Positions 11,646-24,434 of a stretch of 64,000 bases of DNA are shown here, piece after piece. The translations under genes were made by a program, and so were the position numbers. Origin of the DNA: Octopus sinensis. Taxonomy: Eukaryota. Positions within the stretch are counted from its first letter, which is position 1. Every line of letters begins with the position of its first letter. The notes under the pieces are model-generated. The model ran no database searches. It saw nothing but the letters and a program-made list of their open reading frames with translations, and was not told the DNA's origin. The stretch spans positions 64,046,001 through 64,110,000 of the forward strand of contig NC_043000.1 of the NCBI RefSeq assembly GCF_006345805.1, in the 5' to 3' direction.

Positions 11646-13120
11646 CATGTGGTTGCAAAACAAGCTTCTTAACCTCACAACCAAACTGCTTTGTACTGAA
11701 AATATGGCCAAGTGTTAAACTAATGCCTTCAACTCTGTCAGTTGTGGAGCTAGAACAAGTTTGCCTTATATTGGAAATTGAACCCAGTACTAAACTGATG
11801 CCTTTAGCTCTAGCAGTATGCAATGCAACCGATGACTTTAACACTGTCAGAATGCAATAGTGAAGCTGGGTGAGTTCTGGCTTATACTGGTAATGTGACT
11901 GAATACTCAACTGATGTCTAGCTCTATCAACCATGCAGCTTTAAAGTTTTGCTATGCATATTTTGTTTTGAAGTGTTTTACAGTTTTATATACCTGTCAA
12001 AGTAATAAATAAATTGATATTGTTGATAAAGTAATTTCCGTTTGCTATTCTTATTTTCTACATTACATTACATGCCTCAGTAAGGTCTGTATTATGTTAA
12101 AAGCATTCAGATTTATTGATCACCTAATCCTGTAGACATTCAGCCCATCTAAAAATGCTCAATATATTAATCAAACAATCACGCTCAGTAGATAAATCAG
12201 AGACTTAATCAACCAACATGAAAATTATTTGAAGGAGAGAGAAGGAAGAAAGCAGTAACTCAGGAGTTTCTGCTCCAACAAGCTGAGAGATTTACAGCTT
12301 TGTTTTAAATAAGGTAAATCTGAACAAGTTCTCTTTTGTTTAAAATAGGTCTGTTTTTATCTATTTTAAAGAAAAGTAAACAATAAAATTCGAAATAAAA
12401 TAATTGATATATTTACAATGTTGATGAGCATTAAATATCAAAATGCTTCTACAGATCAATGAAAGAGGGAAGTTCTTGGAAAAGCTGTTAATCCAAGCTA
12501 AGTTGCAGGAAATAAAGTTTTTAGAATAAATTGATTTTCCTTTTTTAACAAAGCCACAGATTGAAGTACCTTTTTCAAATGCCTAATTAGGCATTTAGTT
12601 TCAAGTTAAAATCAATATCTATTGGCTAGGTAATAATGATAAATTAGTACAAGTTTAGGAGTTGTCTGACACATAATCAGTGGGATGTATTGATTTGTAA
12701 ATGTACTTTCTTTTATGTTGATCTCTTCTGGTAATTCTTTCTAGTAGTTTCCATTAAAATAATTCTCCTAAATGGAATTATTAAAAGTGATTTTGCATTG
12801 AACGAATTCAAAATCAAATCACATCCAATGTTAAGTTCTCATTTCATGCTACATGATAGTCCCATACAATTTGTATGTGATGAATACAGTAATCATACAG
12901 AACAAAAGAACTTTAAAATGATTGCCACAAATTTCAAAGAGTTAATATATTCACAACATGTCCTACAAAATATAAAATCTGTCAGAAAAACCTAAAGGAA
13001 ATATTGTAAAATTCCAATGTAGCTTATTTATTATTTTAACTTTACATGTGTGCATGTGTGTGTGTATACATATACATATATACACACACACATACATACA
13101 TACACACATATATGTATATA

Positions 13121-14282
13121 CAGGGGTTGGACAAAATAATGGAAACACCTATTATCATAGCATCATAATTTTGAAATATCTATAAAACTGTCAAAAGCGT
13201 GTTTATTTTTATGTTTTTTTTTTTTATTTATTAATAGTATTGCTTAATATGTTTCGCTAAAATTGCTGTTTCTTTTCAGATATCATCAGAAAAAGGTAAT
13301 TAAAATTCATTGAAATGACAGATCTATCTGACTTTCAAAGAGGTCAAATTGCTGGTGCTCGTATGGCAGGCACTAGTGTAACGAAAACAGCCAAAATGTT
13401 TGGTATATCAAGAAGTGCTATCTCAAAAGTAATGACAGCCTTTGAGAAAGAAGGAAAAACCTCTTCATCGAAACAAAACTCTGGAAGAAAACCAAAACTT
13501 TCTGATAGGGACCGTCAAACTTTTACACAAATTGTTAGAAAGGATCACAAAAGTAAAGTGCTCAAAATTACTCCAGAGCTTAATGACCACCTCAGGAACC
13601 CAGTTTCCACAAAAACTGTTCGCATGGGAGGGTTGCAATCAGAAAACCACTACTTTCAAAAATAAACATTGCAAAGTATTTAGAATGGAGTTAAAACCTA
13701 CAGAATTGGTCCCTAGAGCAGTGGGAGAATATTATTTTCTTGGATGAGTCATCTTTACCTTATTTCCAACCACTGGCCAAGTATACATGTGGAAACAGCC
13801 AAAAGAATCATTTGACCCAGACTGCCTTCTTTCAACTGTTAAACATGGAGGAGGATATGTGATGATCTGGGGGGGGCTATATCTTGGAAATCCACCAGCC
13901 CAATGGTTTCCTTTCATGGCAGAATTAATAGTCAAAACTATTTAAGCATTTTATCTGATCAAATTCATCCTATGGTTACAGAAATGTTTCCGGAGGGAAA
14001 TGCAATCTTTCAGGATGATAATGCACCAATTCACACAGCTAAAGTTGTTACTGAATGGCATGAGGAACATTCTAGTGAAGTTGAACATTTCTAGTACATT
14101 TTAGAAAATCAAGTAAGGAATCGATATCCTCCACCATCGCCACTACAAGAACTAGAGACTGTTTTAGATGAAGAATGGACAAAAATTCCTTTGGAAACAA
14201 TTCAAACTTTGTACGAGTGCATAACTCATCAAATTCAAACTTTGAAATTTTAAGGTGTTTCCATTATTTTGTCCAACCCCTG
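13121..14282 (+). mobile_element. Tc1-family DNA transposon, both ends intact, transposase pseudogene
   Basis: Perfect 30-bp TIRs caggggttggacaaaataatggaaacacct / aggtgtttccattattttgtccaacccctg with TA on both sides; DLSDFQRGQI HTH, SGRKPKL, FLDES, VKHGGGYVMIWG, FQDDNAPIH; frameshifted and missing the SPDLNxIE segment. Confidence 0.96.
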
Positions 14283-14446
14283 TATGTACATATGTATAAA
14301 TACATATACATGACATTTATGTATGTGTGTATGTGTGTGCGTACATACATTCAAAGGGATTCAATTTTTAAAAGATATATAAAATTGAAGCAAAACTTTT
14401 ATTCTGTTACATTTTTATTTTGATATTACATTTTTAATAATTATTT

Positions 14447-14487
<41 letters not shown>

Positions 14488-14647
14488 GTGTGTGCGTGCA
14501 TATATGTGTGTGTGTTGAACCTTCCAATAGTGGAAATGTAAATTAACAATTATTGGATATGGCTGAATAGAAAAGTATAGCTTAGGTTCTTTGTTATGAA
14601 AACATATTGGGCAAACCAATGCCAGCATGGAAAATGGACATTAAAGA

Positions 14648-15958
14648 ATCATCATCATCATTGCTTAATGTCTGTTTGCCATGCTGGCATGAGTTGGACT
14701 GTTTGACTAGTAGCTGGCAAGCCAGGAGGCTGCACCAAGCTCCAATCTCATCTGGCAATATTTCTACAGCTGGATGCCCTCCCTAATGCCAACCACTCCA
14801 AGAGTGTAGTAGGTGCTTTTTATGTGCTACTGGCACAGGAGCTAGTCATGCAGCACTGGTAGGGGTGAAATTTGGATGGTGCTTTTTATGTGCCACCAGC
14901 ACAGGGAACTGGTCAGGCAACACTGGCATTGGTCACATTTGGATGGTGCTTTTTACATGCCACCAGCATGAGGAGCCAGTCAGGCACCTCTAGTAATGAC
15001 CCACACATGAATGGTGCTTATTGCATGCCACCACCATGGGATCCAGTCAGGTGGCACTGGTATCGGCAACAACTACAATTTCCAATTGATTTGATTTTGA
15101 TTTTGATTCACTTGACTCAATAGGTCTCCTCAATCATAGCATGTCGCCCAACGATTCAAAGGTACATTTTTGATGGGCTGGTTATGTGACACTGATGTAG
15201 GCTATAGCTGTGATCTCACTTTCCTTGCTGGGTCTTCTCAATCACAGCATATCTGCAGAGGTCTCGGTCTGTCGTCATTGCCTCTGTGAGGCCCAATTTT
15301 TGAAGGTCATGCTTCACCACCTCATCCCATGTCTTCTTGGGTCTCCCTCTTCTACGGTTTCCTTCCACTGTTAGGGAGTGACACTTCTTCACAAAGCTCT
15401 TCTCATCCATATGTAGCACGTGACCATTCCAGTGTAGTCGTCTCTCTTGTAATCACATCTGATGCTTCTTATGTCCAACATTTCTCTCAGGGTGCTTACA
15501 CTCTGTCATGTGTGCACACTGACATTACACATCCAGTGGAGCATACTAGCTTCATTTTTTTCAAGCCTACGCATGTCTTCAGCAGTCACGGCCCATGTTT
15601 CACATCTATCTTTCACTCTGAGTGAGAGGAACTTTGTCACCAGTAGAGGTAGGAGCTTTCTGAACTTTGCCCAGGCTATTCTTATTCTAGTGGCAATGCT
15701 CTCTGAGCATCCACCCCGCCCTACAGACTTGGTCACCTAGGTAGCAGGAAGTTATCAACTACTTCTAGTTTCTCCCCCTGGCATGTGATAGAATCAGTTT
15801 TCTGAGCATCTGCAGTGTTTATTGCCCCTGTGCATCTGCTGCACACAAAAGCTATCTTTCCGGTAAACCTTCCTTTGATGTTGCTGCACCTCTTATGCAC
15901 CCATAGCTTACACTTGGTACATCTTATGGAGTTTCTACCTACACCTTTTCTTCAGATC
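14648..15958 (-). mobile_element. 5'-truncated RTE LINE with 3' UTR repeats and tail
   Basis: ORFs 15216-15419 and 15506-15736 match the C-terminus of the 547-aa ORF; several diverged atggtgcttttta units in the UTR; (CAT)n tail at 14648. Confidence 0.9.
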
Positions 15959-15973
15959 TTTTCTACAAATATT

Positions 15974-16010
<37 letters not shown>

Positions 16011-16014
<4 letters not shown>

Positions 16015-16458
16015 CTTACAAAAAAGGGCAAAAGAAAAAAATTTCAATGCCGAATATGCCGAAATAGACTTAATTGTCAATAACCATATAATATCTCACT
16101 CTATAAGAATTTTCAGTCCGATCATACGTGTCTCGAGGTATGCTGTGGAATTTCTATTTTGGATATATTTGGGGTACTTAAGTGTGCTCATGACTTAGTG
16201 TTTACTTCTTCCATGGGTACAAGTAAATATCTCATTTATTTTCTTATCATATTTATTGCTGATGACGAGAAAATTCTAAATGAATTAACTCAGAAATTGG
16301 GACCGATCCGGTAATAACGAAATTTTTTTAGAAATTTCTATCGGCTTGCTTTCAAGACGCGTGCTTATAATGATAAATTATATGGTTATTGACGATTAAG
16401 TCTATTTCAGCATATTTGGCATTGAAATTTTTTTCTTTTGCCCTTGTTTATAAGTTGT
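16011..16458. repeat. (TA)n-embedded element with about 80-bp inverted arms and an internal hammerhead-like motif
   Basis: agggcaaaagaaaaaaatttcaatgccgaatatgccgaaatagacttaattgtcaataaccatataat mirrored at about 16377-16445; ctgatga at 16259-16265 and gaaa at 16292-16295. Confidence 0.8.
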
Positions 16459-16544
16459 TTATAAATTTAACCTTTAAAGGTATTTTTTTAATATGCTGGC
16501 CATTGATAAAATTTTTTTGAAAATGTTATCCTATATTAGATGTG

Positions 16545-16576
<32 letters not shown>

Positions 16577-16584
16577 CAGATATA

Positions 16585-16670
<86 letters not shown>

Positions 16671-17732
16671 GTATATATGTTGTGTGTGTGTGTACTTTTT
16701 ACTTATGTAGTTTTAAAAGGATAGGCCAAAATGAATCAGAAAGAGTTGATTTATATCTAGTATATATTTTCTAAATTTTTAGTGACAGTTTGCCTATAAA
16801 AATCTGTTAAATGTTTGACTGTATACACTGTTTATTTTGTTTTGGTAAGTTTGAGATTAAAAACAAAATATTTTTTAGATTAACTAAGCATGCATAAACT
16901 ATTTTCATTTACACATTTTAACAAAATCCAAAATAAAAATATTTCTGAGATGAGATGTGAATGAGATAATTTTTCATAATATTAACCTTATCAGAGAATT
17001 ACATTTTTTAAAAAATAATATTGTACATGTAAATATTTTATAAGATCATTTTTAACACATTTTTCATCTCAAATGATGGGGTTAGTATTTCAAAACTTAA
17101 AATCTTTTTCTTAAATAGTTATAACTGTGTTGTAGAGATGTTTCTCTTGCAATCAAAAGGATGCACTTTTTTTTGTTGTTTTTCAGTTGTCTTCTAACAT
17201 TACTCATGTTGATCTAGATCAAAGCTTTATAAGTGAAAGAGTGAGATATGGTAGAAATTTTGTTGAAGCCCAATGTGTGTGTGTGTACCACCAAATTATC
17301 TCTTCTCCTCCACCACTATACATCTCACCCTCTCCATACACCATACCTACTCCCTCTTCTCTGTCTACTCCTGTAACATACCAAACAGTATGTCATCTCC
17401 CTTTCATCCTCCTGTTTATTTCATCATCATTACTATTCACCTACTCTGCACTATCAGATGTTGCCAACTCTTCAGCTCTCTCCTGATCCTTTTGTCCCAC
17501 TCATTTCTACTCACCTCATATCTTGAAGGTCTACCTTCATACCTTTTCACTGTTATTTTCATTGTGTTCCAGCTCCACATGATCACTCCTACCCTCTCTT
17601 TTAAAATGTGTGTAGTCATGTATCTTCTCAACAGCAAGAAACCAGTTCTATTCTTGTCCCTTTCTCTCATACTTTAACCTGTTTCTACTCATCATTTCCT
17701 AGTATAAAGTTGCACTTCCTTATTATTGTCAT

Positions 17733-18104
17733 CATTTAGCATCTGCTTTCCATGCTGACATGGCCTAGATGGTGTGATTGGAACTGGTAAGTCGGAGAGC
17801 TGCACCAGGTTCCAGTCCGAAACCATGCCAAACCAGCATAGTTTCTATGGCTGGATGCCCTTTCTAATAACAACTCCAAGAGTAATGGGTGCTTTTTAGG
17901 TGCCACTGGCATGGGTGCATTTATGTACCACCAACACGGGTGCCAGTTATGTGACACTGGCATTGGCCACAACTATTATTTCACTTGGCTTGATGAGTCT
18001 TCTCAAACACAACATATTGCCAAAGGTCTTGGTCACTTGTCATTGCCTCCATGAGGCCCAATGTCCAAAGATCATGCTTCAACACATCCTCCCATGTCTT
18101 CCTG
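17733..18104 (-). mobile_element. RTE LINE 3' end
   Basis: Tail, UTR and the last codons of the ORF, homologous to 15200-15345 and 21650-21775. Confidence 0.8.
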
Positions 18105-18109
18105 GAATA

Positions 18110-18385
18110 TATATATTCTTTGAATTAACACTTTTTTAGTTCTTTCAAATAATTTCTTCCCATAACATAATAATAATGTTGTCAACCTGGTAGTATGTTG
18201 GAACATCTGATTCTGATGACAGGCAAAGTATGACACAAAACTTGGTTGATGTAGCTAGCAGTTGTTACTCCATTGCCCCAGCCTCGGTCAATGTTTTGGA
18301 AGACCACCAGTCCAAGTTTCTTGTTGACTGCAATCCTGCCCCATACCATAATGCTCTGTCCTCCCCATGAGTCTCTCTCCACCAT
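18110..18385 (-). mobile_element. Tc1-like transposase fragment
   Basis: ORF 18182-18385 WGGQSIMVWGRI...VTTASYINQVL resembles the Tc1 GGGSVMVWG..Y..IL segment. Confidence 0.7.
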
Positions 18386-20259
18386 AGCTATGTTGCTTCA
18401 CAACAATGTAGTTTTGGGTTCGTTCTCCCCAAGTGTCCCCAATGGCAAGTGTCTTCTACTATATGCTCAAACTGATCAATACCTTGTGATGAAATGTTGA
18501 CTGGAAACTGTATAGAAGTCTATCCTCATCATTCATCATCATTTTTATGCAATCATTTCCATGTTTGCATATGTTTTTATGGAACCTTTCCAAAATAATC
18601 TCACCATATATGACATTCTGTTGTCATCTCTTTTGTAATGTTCAGCATCTTTAGATCAACTTTTACCACTCCTACCCATGTCTACTTTGGACTTCCTCTT
18701 CATATGTTTCTTTTCACTTGGACATTTTGGCACTGTTTGAGCCTGTACATCTGTGTTTGTGCATTCTCATCCTTGATATTGTTTATACACTTAAAGTATA
18801 ACACAATGTCACCAGAGAAGTGGTGCCAATGATTACACTTGCCATAAAAATACTTGGCTGTTATACAATTTCTTATGAAAAAATCAAATAAGTAACTTAC
18901 TTGGAAACTAGTAAGCCTTGTCCAGCCAATACTAGCATAAAAAGAATGGGTATAAAAATGGAATGATGATATATACATGCATATATGTATATGTGTGTAT
19001 GTGAAAATTTGTGTATTGAATAAAAATACTTAATGATATTTAGGTATATTTATCTGTCTTCCTTATGTCACAGAGAACTTAAATAGAAATTGATTAAAAG
19101 AAGTACCAGACAAAGTACTGAAGTCAATATAATTGACTGGAAAAGAAAAGAAAGAAAACTTGAAGGTAATGCTCCAGCATGACTGCAGTCTAAAGCCTGA
19201 AGACAGTCAAAGAATAAACAAAATGTAATATGAAGCAGCAAAATCAAAAGAATATGGAAGATGTAGAAGTTTTTCTCAAGCAATTATATGAATTTTGCAA
19301 AAGTGACCTAAACAGTATGAAAAGAATCATTATCAAGATGAAACATAATTGATTTCAGGTTATCAAAATCAATACTAATAATATTGGTTATATTATATAA
19401 TCATATTCATTATTTGTTGCTTGGTCACTCTAAAATATCACTTAACCTTATATTAAACTAATCAATATATTGCATCTGTATTTAATTGATAGGTAAACAG
19501 TGCTATTGTTATTACTAGCATATGTATTGCAAATATACAAAAGAAAAATAGTGTACATAGTTATCATCATCATCATTTTATATCTACTTTCCATGCTAAC
19601 ATGTGTTTGGTGAGTTGTCATTGTTCTAGTCGGTTTTTATTCAGGACTATTATCCTCCTAAATGGATCGAAGGATCTTTTCTCACTCGTACACTCCATTT
19701 TTGATGAGGTTTCTATTGCTGGATACCTTTCCTAATACAAACCACTTTACACAATATACTAAATGTATTTTGTTGTGTCACCAACCCTAGAGAGGTTATC
19801 CTGTCCTCAACAAGACTAAAGCTTCCTTCTACTCTGAATTGTCTCTATTCATTCACTAACCACTTTACAAAGTGTGACAAGTGTATTTTATCCTTTTATT
19901 TAATTCTGTATTAATTTGATAAATATCTATATTTTGAAAAATAGCCATTCATTTCATTATTTTGTGTATGCATCATGAAATTTAAGCAAAGTAAAATTTT
20001 AATTATTGTACCTTTGTAGCATTACCTATCATTATTCACAGTGGGGAAAAGTATTTACCTATTGTAATATTTCACAATAACACTGTATCAACCAGACTAT
20101 TGGATGTTGTTATACATTGCTGGTTACATGCACTTCCTTGTGTTGTTGCAGCTTTCAAATGATCCTCTCCTTCTAGCTAAATGAGTAGGCTTATGATGTG
20201 TAAAGTGACTGAGATCACAACATTCCTCCTAAACAAGATGCTAGTCCATCACAGGGTTA

Positions 20260-20448
20260 CTTACTCTTTTACTTGTTTCAGTCATTTGACTGTGGCCATG
20301 CTGGAGCACCGCCTTTAGTCAAGCACATCGACCCCAGAACTTATTCTTTGTAAGCCTAGTACTTATTCTATCGGCCTCTTTTTGCCAAACCGCTAAGTTA
20401 CGGGGATGTAAACACACCAGCATCGGTTATCAAGCGATGTTGGGGGGA

Positions 20449-20500
<52 letters not shown>

Positions 20501-20672
20501 CATATATACGACAGGCTTCTTTCAGTTTCCGTCTACCAAATCCACTCAGAAGGCTTTGGTTGGCCCGAGGCTATAGTAGAAGACACTTGCCCAAGGTGCC
20601 ACGCAGTTGGATTGAACCCGGAACCATGTGGTTGGTAAGCAAGCTACTTACCACACAGCCACTCCTGCGCCT
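20260..20672 (-). mobile_element. Full-length young SINE family A
   Basis: Minus strand starts aggcgcaggagtggctgtgtggtaag, has ggttcaatcc B box, internal (TG)n, and ends gaaacaagtaaaagagtaa. Confidence 0.92.
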
Positions 20673-20924
20673 ATTTACAACTTATTTACTTATTTACAAC
20701 TTTTATATATATTAATAACAATGCGGTACAGGACGATGACAGAAAAACACATGAAAAAAACAGGAGAAAAATCACACACAATGGAGTCAGACATGCTCAA
20801 TCCCTCATTTGTTGTCTACCAAATAACATCACAATTTTGAAGGCTTCTACCAGACAGTAGATACCAGAAGTGAGTCTGTGGATAAGTTCAGAATATATGA
20901 GAGAAATGGATTGGCTAGTAAAGT

Positions 20925-21600
20925 AACGGCCACGAACGGATGGTGTTTTTATGTGTCACCGGCACGGGGCCAGGCAATGCTGGCAACGGACACGAACGGA
21001 TGGTGCTTTTACGGGGCCAGACAGAGCTGCCAAACGGCCACGAACGGACGGTGCTTTTACGTGTCACCTGCACGGGGGCCAGCCAAGGCTGGCTACGAAC
21101 ACGAACGGATGGTGCTTTTACGTGCCACCGACACGGGGCCAGACAGAGCTGGCAAACGGCCACGAACGGACGGTGCTTTTACGTGTCACCTGCACGGGGG
21201 CCAGCCGAGGCTGGCAACGAACACGAACGGATGGTGCTTTTACGTGCCACGGACACGGGGCCAGACAGAGCTGGCAAACGGCCACGAACGGATGGTGCTT
21301 TTACGTGTCACCGGCACGGGGGCCAGCTGAGGCTGGCAACAGACACGAACGGACGATGCTTTTATGTGCCACCGACACAGGGCCAGACGGAGCTGGCAAA
21401 CGGCCACGAACGGACGGTGCTTTTACGTGTCACCGGCACAGGGCCAGGCGAGGCTGGCAACGAACACGAACGGATGGTGCTTTTACGTGCCACCGACACG
21501 GGGGCCAGACAGAGCTGGCAAACGGCCACGAGCGAATGGTGCTTTTACGTATCACCGACATGGGTGCCAGACGAGGCTGACAGTGGACACGAACAGATGG
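20925..21600. repeat. Minisatellite of about 12 x 60-bp units in alternating A/B order, in the RTE 3' UTR
   Basis: A: ggcaaacggccacgaacggacggtgcttttacgtgtcacc..ggccagccgaggct; B: ggcaacgaacacgaacggatggtgcttttacgtgccaccgacacggggccagacagagct. Confidence 0.93.
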
Positions 21601-21647
21601 GTCACTTAACCCCTGCTTTCTGATATATGATTTGATTTTGATTGTTC

Positions 21648-23364
21648 TCACTGGTCTTGCCGGGTCTTCTGACGCACAGCATACTTCCATAGGTCTCGGT
21701 CTCTGGTCATTTCCTTGGTGAGACCTAGAGTTCGAAGGTCGTGCTTCACCACCTCGACCCAGGTTTTCCTGGGTCTACCTCTTCCACAGGTCCCCTCAAC
21801 TGCCAGGGTGTGGCACTTTTTCACACACCTATCTTCATCCATTCTCGCCACATGACCATACCAGCGCAATCGTCTCTCTTGCACACAACATCTGATGCCT
21901 CTTAGGTCCAACTTTTCTCTCAAGGTACTTACACTCTGTCGACTATGAACACTGACATTACACATCCAACGGAGCATACTAGCTTCATTTCTCGCGAGCT
22001 TACGCATGTCCTCAGCAGTCACGGCCCATGTTTCACTGCCATGTAGCATGGCTATTCGTACACATGCATCATACAGTCTGCCTTTTACTCTGAGCGAGAG
22101 GCCTTTAGTCACCGACAGAGGTAAGAGCTCCCTAAACTTTGCCCAGGCTATTCTTACTCTAGCCGTTACACTTTCAGCACACCCACCCCCACTACTGACT
22201 TGGTCACCAAGATAACGGAAGCTATCAACTACTTCTAGTTTTTCCCCCTGGAAAGTGACGGAAGTTGTTTTCTGCAGATTTTCAGAGGTTAATGCTCCCG
22301 AGCATCTGCCACATACAAAAACCATCTTCCTAGTTAGCCTTCCTATGACATTGCTGCACCTCTTATGTGTCCATAGCTTACACTTGGTGCATCTTATAGA
22401 GTTTCTACCTACACCTTTTCTACAGATCGAGCAGGGCCATCTACCTGAAGGCGTTTGTGATTTGTCTACCTTCCTACTTATTACAACTTTGGTTTTAGCA
22501 AGGTTGACTCTAAGGCCCTTCGATTCTAAACCATGCTTCCACACCTGAAACTTCTTCTCCAGTTCTGATAATGACTCAGCAATTAGAGCAAGGTCATCAG
22601 CATAGAGGAGCTCCCAGGGGCATCCTGTCTTGAATTCCTCCGTTATTGCCTGGAGGACTATGATAAATAGGAGGGGGCTGAGGACTGAACCTTGGTGGAC
22701 CCCTACCTCTACCCGGAATTCTTCACTGTACTCATTGCCAACCCTCACCTTACTAGCAGCATCCCTGTACATGGCTTGCACAGCTCTCACTAACCATTCA
22801 TCTATTCCTAGTTTCCTCATTGACCACCAGATGAGGGATCGGGGGACCCTGTCGAAGGCTTTCTCCATGTCAACAAAAGCCAGGTACAGGGGCTTATCTT
22901 TGGCTAGGTATTTCTCCTGCAGCTGCCTTACCAGGAATATAGCATCAGTGGTACTTTTCCCTGGCACGAACCCAAACTGCATCTCATCTAAACTAACTCT
23001 CTCTCTAATTAGTTGGCTTATGACCCTCTCTGTAACCTTCATCACCTGATCCAACAGCTTGATACCTCTGTAATTATTTGTATCTAGGGCATCACTTTTA
23101 CCTTTGTAGCAGTTGACTATTATGCTGCTACACCAGTCATTGGGTATGACTCCTTCATGTATCACCTGATTAACTATACAGGTGACTAGGCTATAGCCGA
23201 CACTACCAGATGTTTTGAGCATCTCTGCAGTGATACCTGATGGGCCTGGGGCTTTCCCTGTCTTCATGCTTCTAATTGCCTTAGCTACCATGGAACTATC
23301 AACCCTGATAGCTGGTCCCTCTGTTGGGTCAACGTTCGGCAGACTCTCTTTATCCCATTCATTT
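21648..23364 (-). mobile_element. RTE-clade LINE, 5'-truncated; uninterrupted 547-aa ORF (21648-23291) with reverse transcriptase and PHD-like finger
   Basis: KAPGPSG, NYRGIKLL, QFGFVPGKST, FVDMEKAFDRV, GVHQGSVLSPLLF, LYADDL, FRYLG, RRLRWYGHV, GRGRPRKTW; no endonuclease domain present. Confidence 0.96.
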
Positions 23365-24044
23365 GCTGCTATAAAAGAGATGCATAGTTATCTAGCCAGA
23401 GGTGAGAGCAAGAGAAGGATGGAGAGAGAGTGATCAGGAATGAGGGCAGAAACAGATGTACTACTATAGAGGAGACACATGGTTACCCAACCAGAGGGAA
23501 GAGCAAAGGAAAACAGAGAGTAGGAGATAGCAAGAGTGCAAGAGAGAGCAGGAGAAAGAGATTATTCATTTTCCATTAAAATTTGAAATAAATATTTTGG
23601 ACCAATTAGGGAACTGCTTCATAATCCCTGAACTTGCTAGAAATAGCAACCAAATTCCTCTTTAAGCTACATTCTACAGTAGTCACTTGCATTCAAGAAT
23701 GACTTAGTTGCAAATATGCTTTTGCTTTTTGTTTTAGGTACCCATGTAGTCACAAACAGACACAGTTACACCTCAGCACTTACGACCCTGCAGAGAATCC
23801 TGGGAATGATAGGTGGGGAGAGTGGGGGTTGCACCAGCCCTGGGCAGGTACTTTATCAATCCTGAAAGGATGAATCCAAAGTTGATCTCAGTAGAATTTG
23901 AATTCAGAGAGTATAGAGCTGGAGAAATTATCACATTGCATTTTTTTCTTTTTTTTTTTTCCTTTTTCTTTTTTGGTAATCTGATAGCCATACCCTGCCA
24001 TCTTAAATATGGAAACTGAATAAAAATGTACTGGATATATTTTT

Positions 24045-24258
24045 TTTCTACTCTAGGCACAAGGCCTGAAATTTTGGGAGAGGGGGCCAGTCAATTAGAT
24101 TGACCCCAGTATGCAGCTGCTACTTAATTTATTGACCCTGAAAGGATGAAAGGCAAAGTCAATCTCAGCAGAATTTGAACTCAGAATGTAAAGACAGATG
24201 AAATACTGCTAAGCATTTCGCCTGGTATGCTAATGTTTCTGCCAGCTCACCGCCTTAG
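24045..24258 (-). mobile_element. tRNA-derived SINE with Meta-like central domain
   Basis: Minus strand aggcggtgagctggcagaa..gagttcaaattc..gcctttcatcctttcagggtcaataaattaagta; older fragments at 23840-23910, 9520-9635 and 33820-33900. Confidence 0.8.
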
Positions 24259-24434
24259 GTACTGGGTAATGGATATATTGACTAAAATTAAAATGGGATG
24301 GTTATAACTGGAAGACCTTGATTATAGGTCTACTCAATCAGTATCATTGTTGTTCCAAGTCACAACAATAATGTAGATGATAGATAAAGAGAAAACAATC
24401 AAATGGATGGTGGAGAGGGTTACTCAAATGTCAT

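Noticed and set aside
20878-21623. Three overlapping repeat-protein ORFs (150-227 aa) and a CRISPR-like look
   Set aside because: The units are contiguous tandem repeats with no unique spacers, lie in a LINE 3' UTR, and no cas genes are present; the open frames follow from nearly stop-free units.
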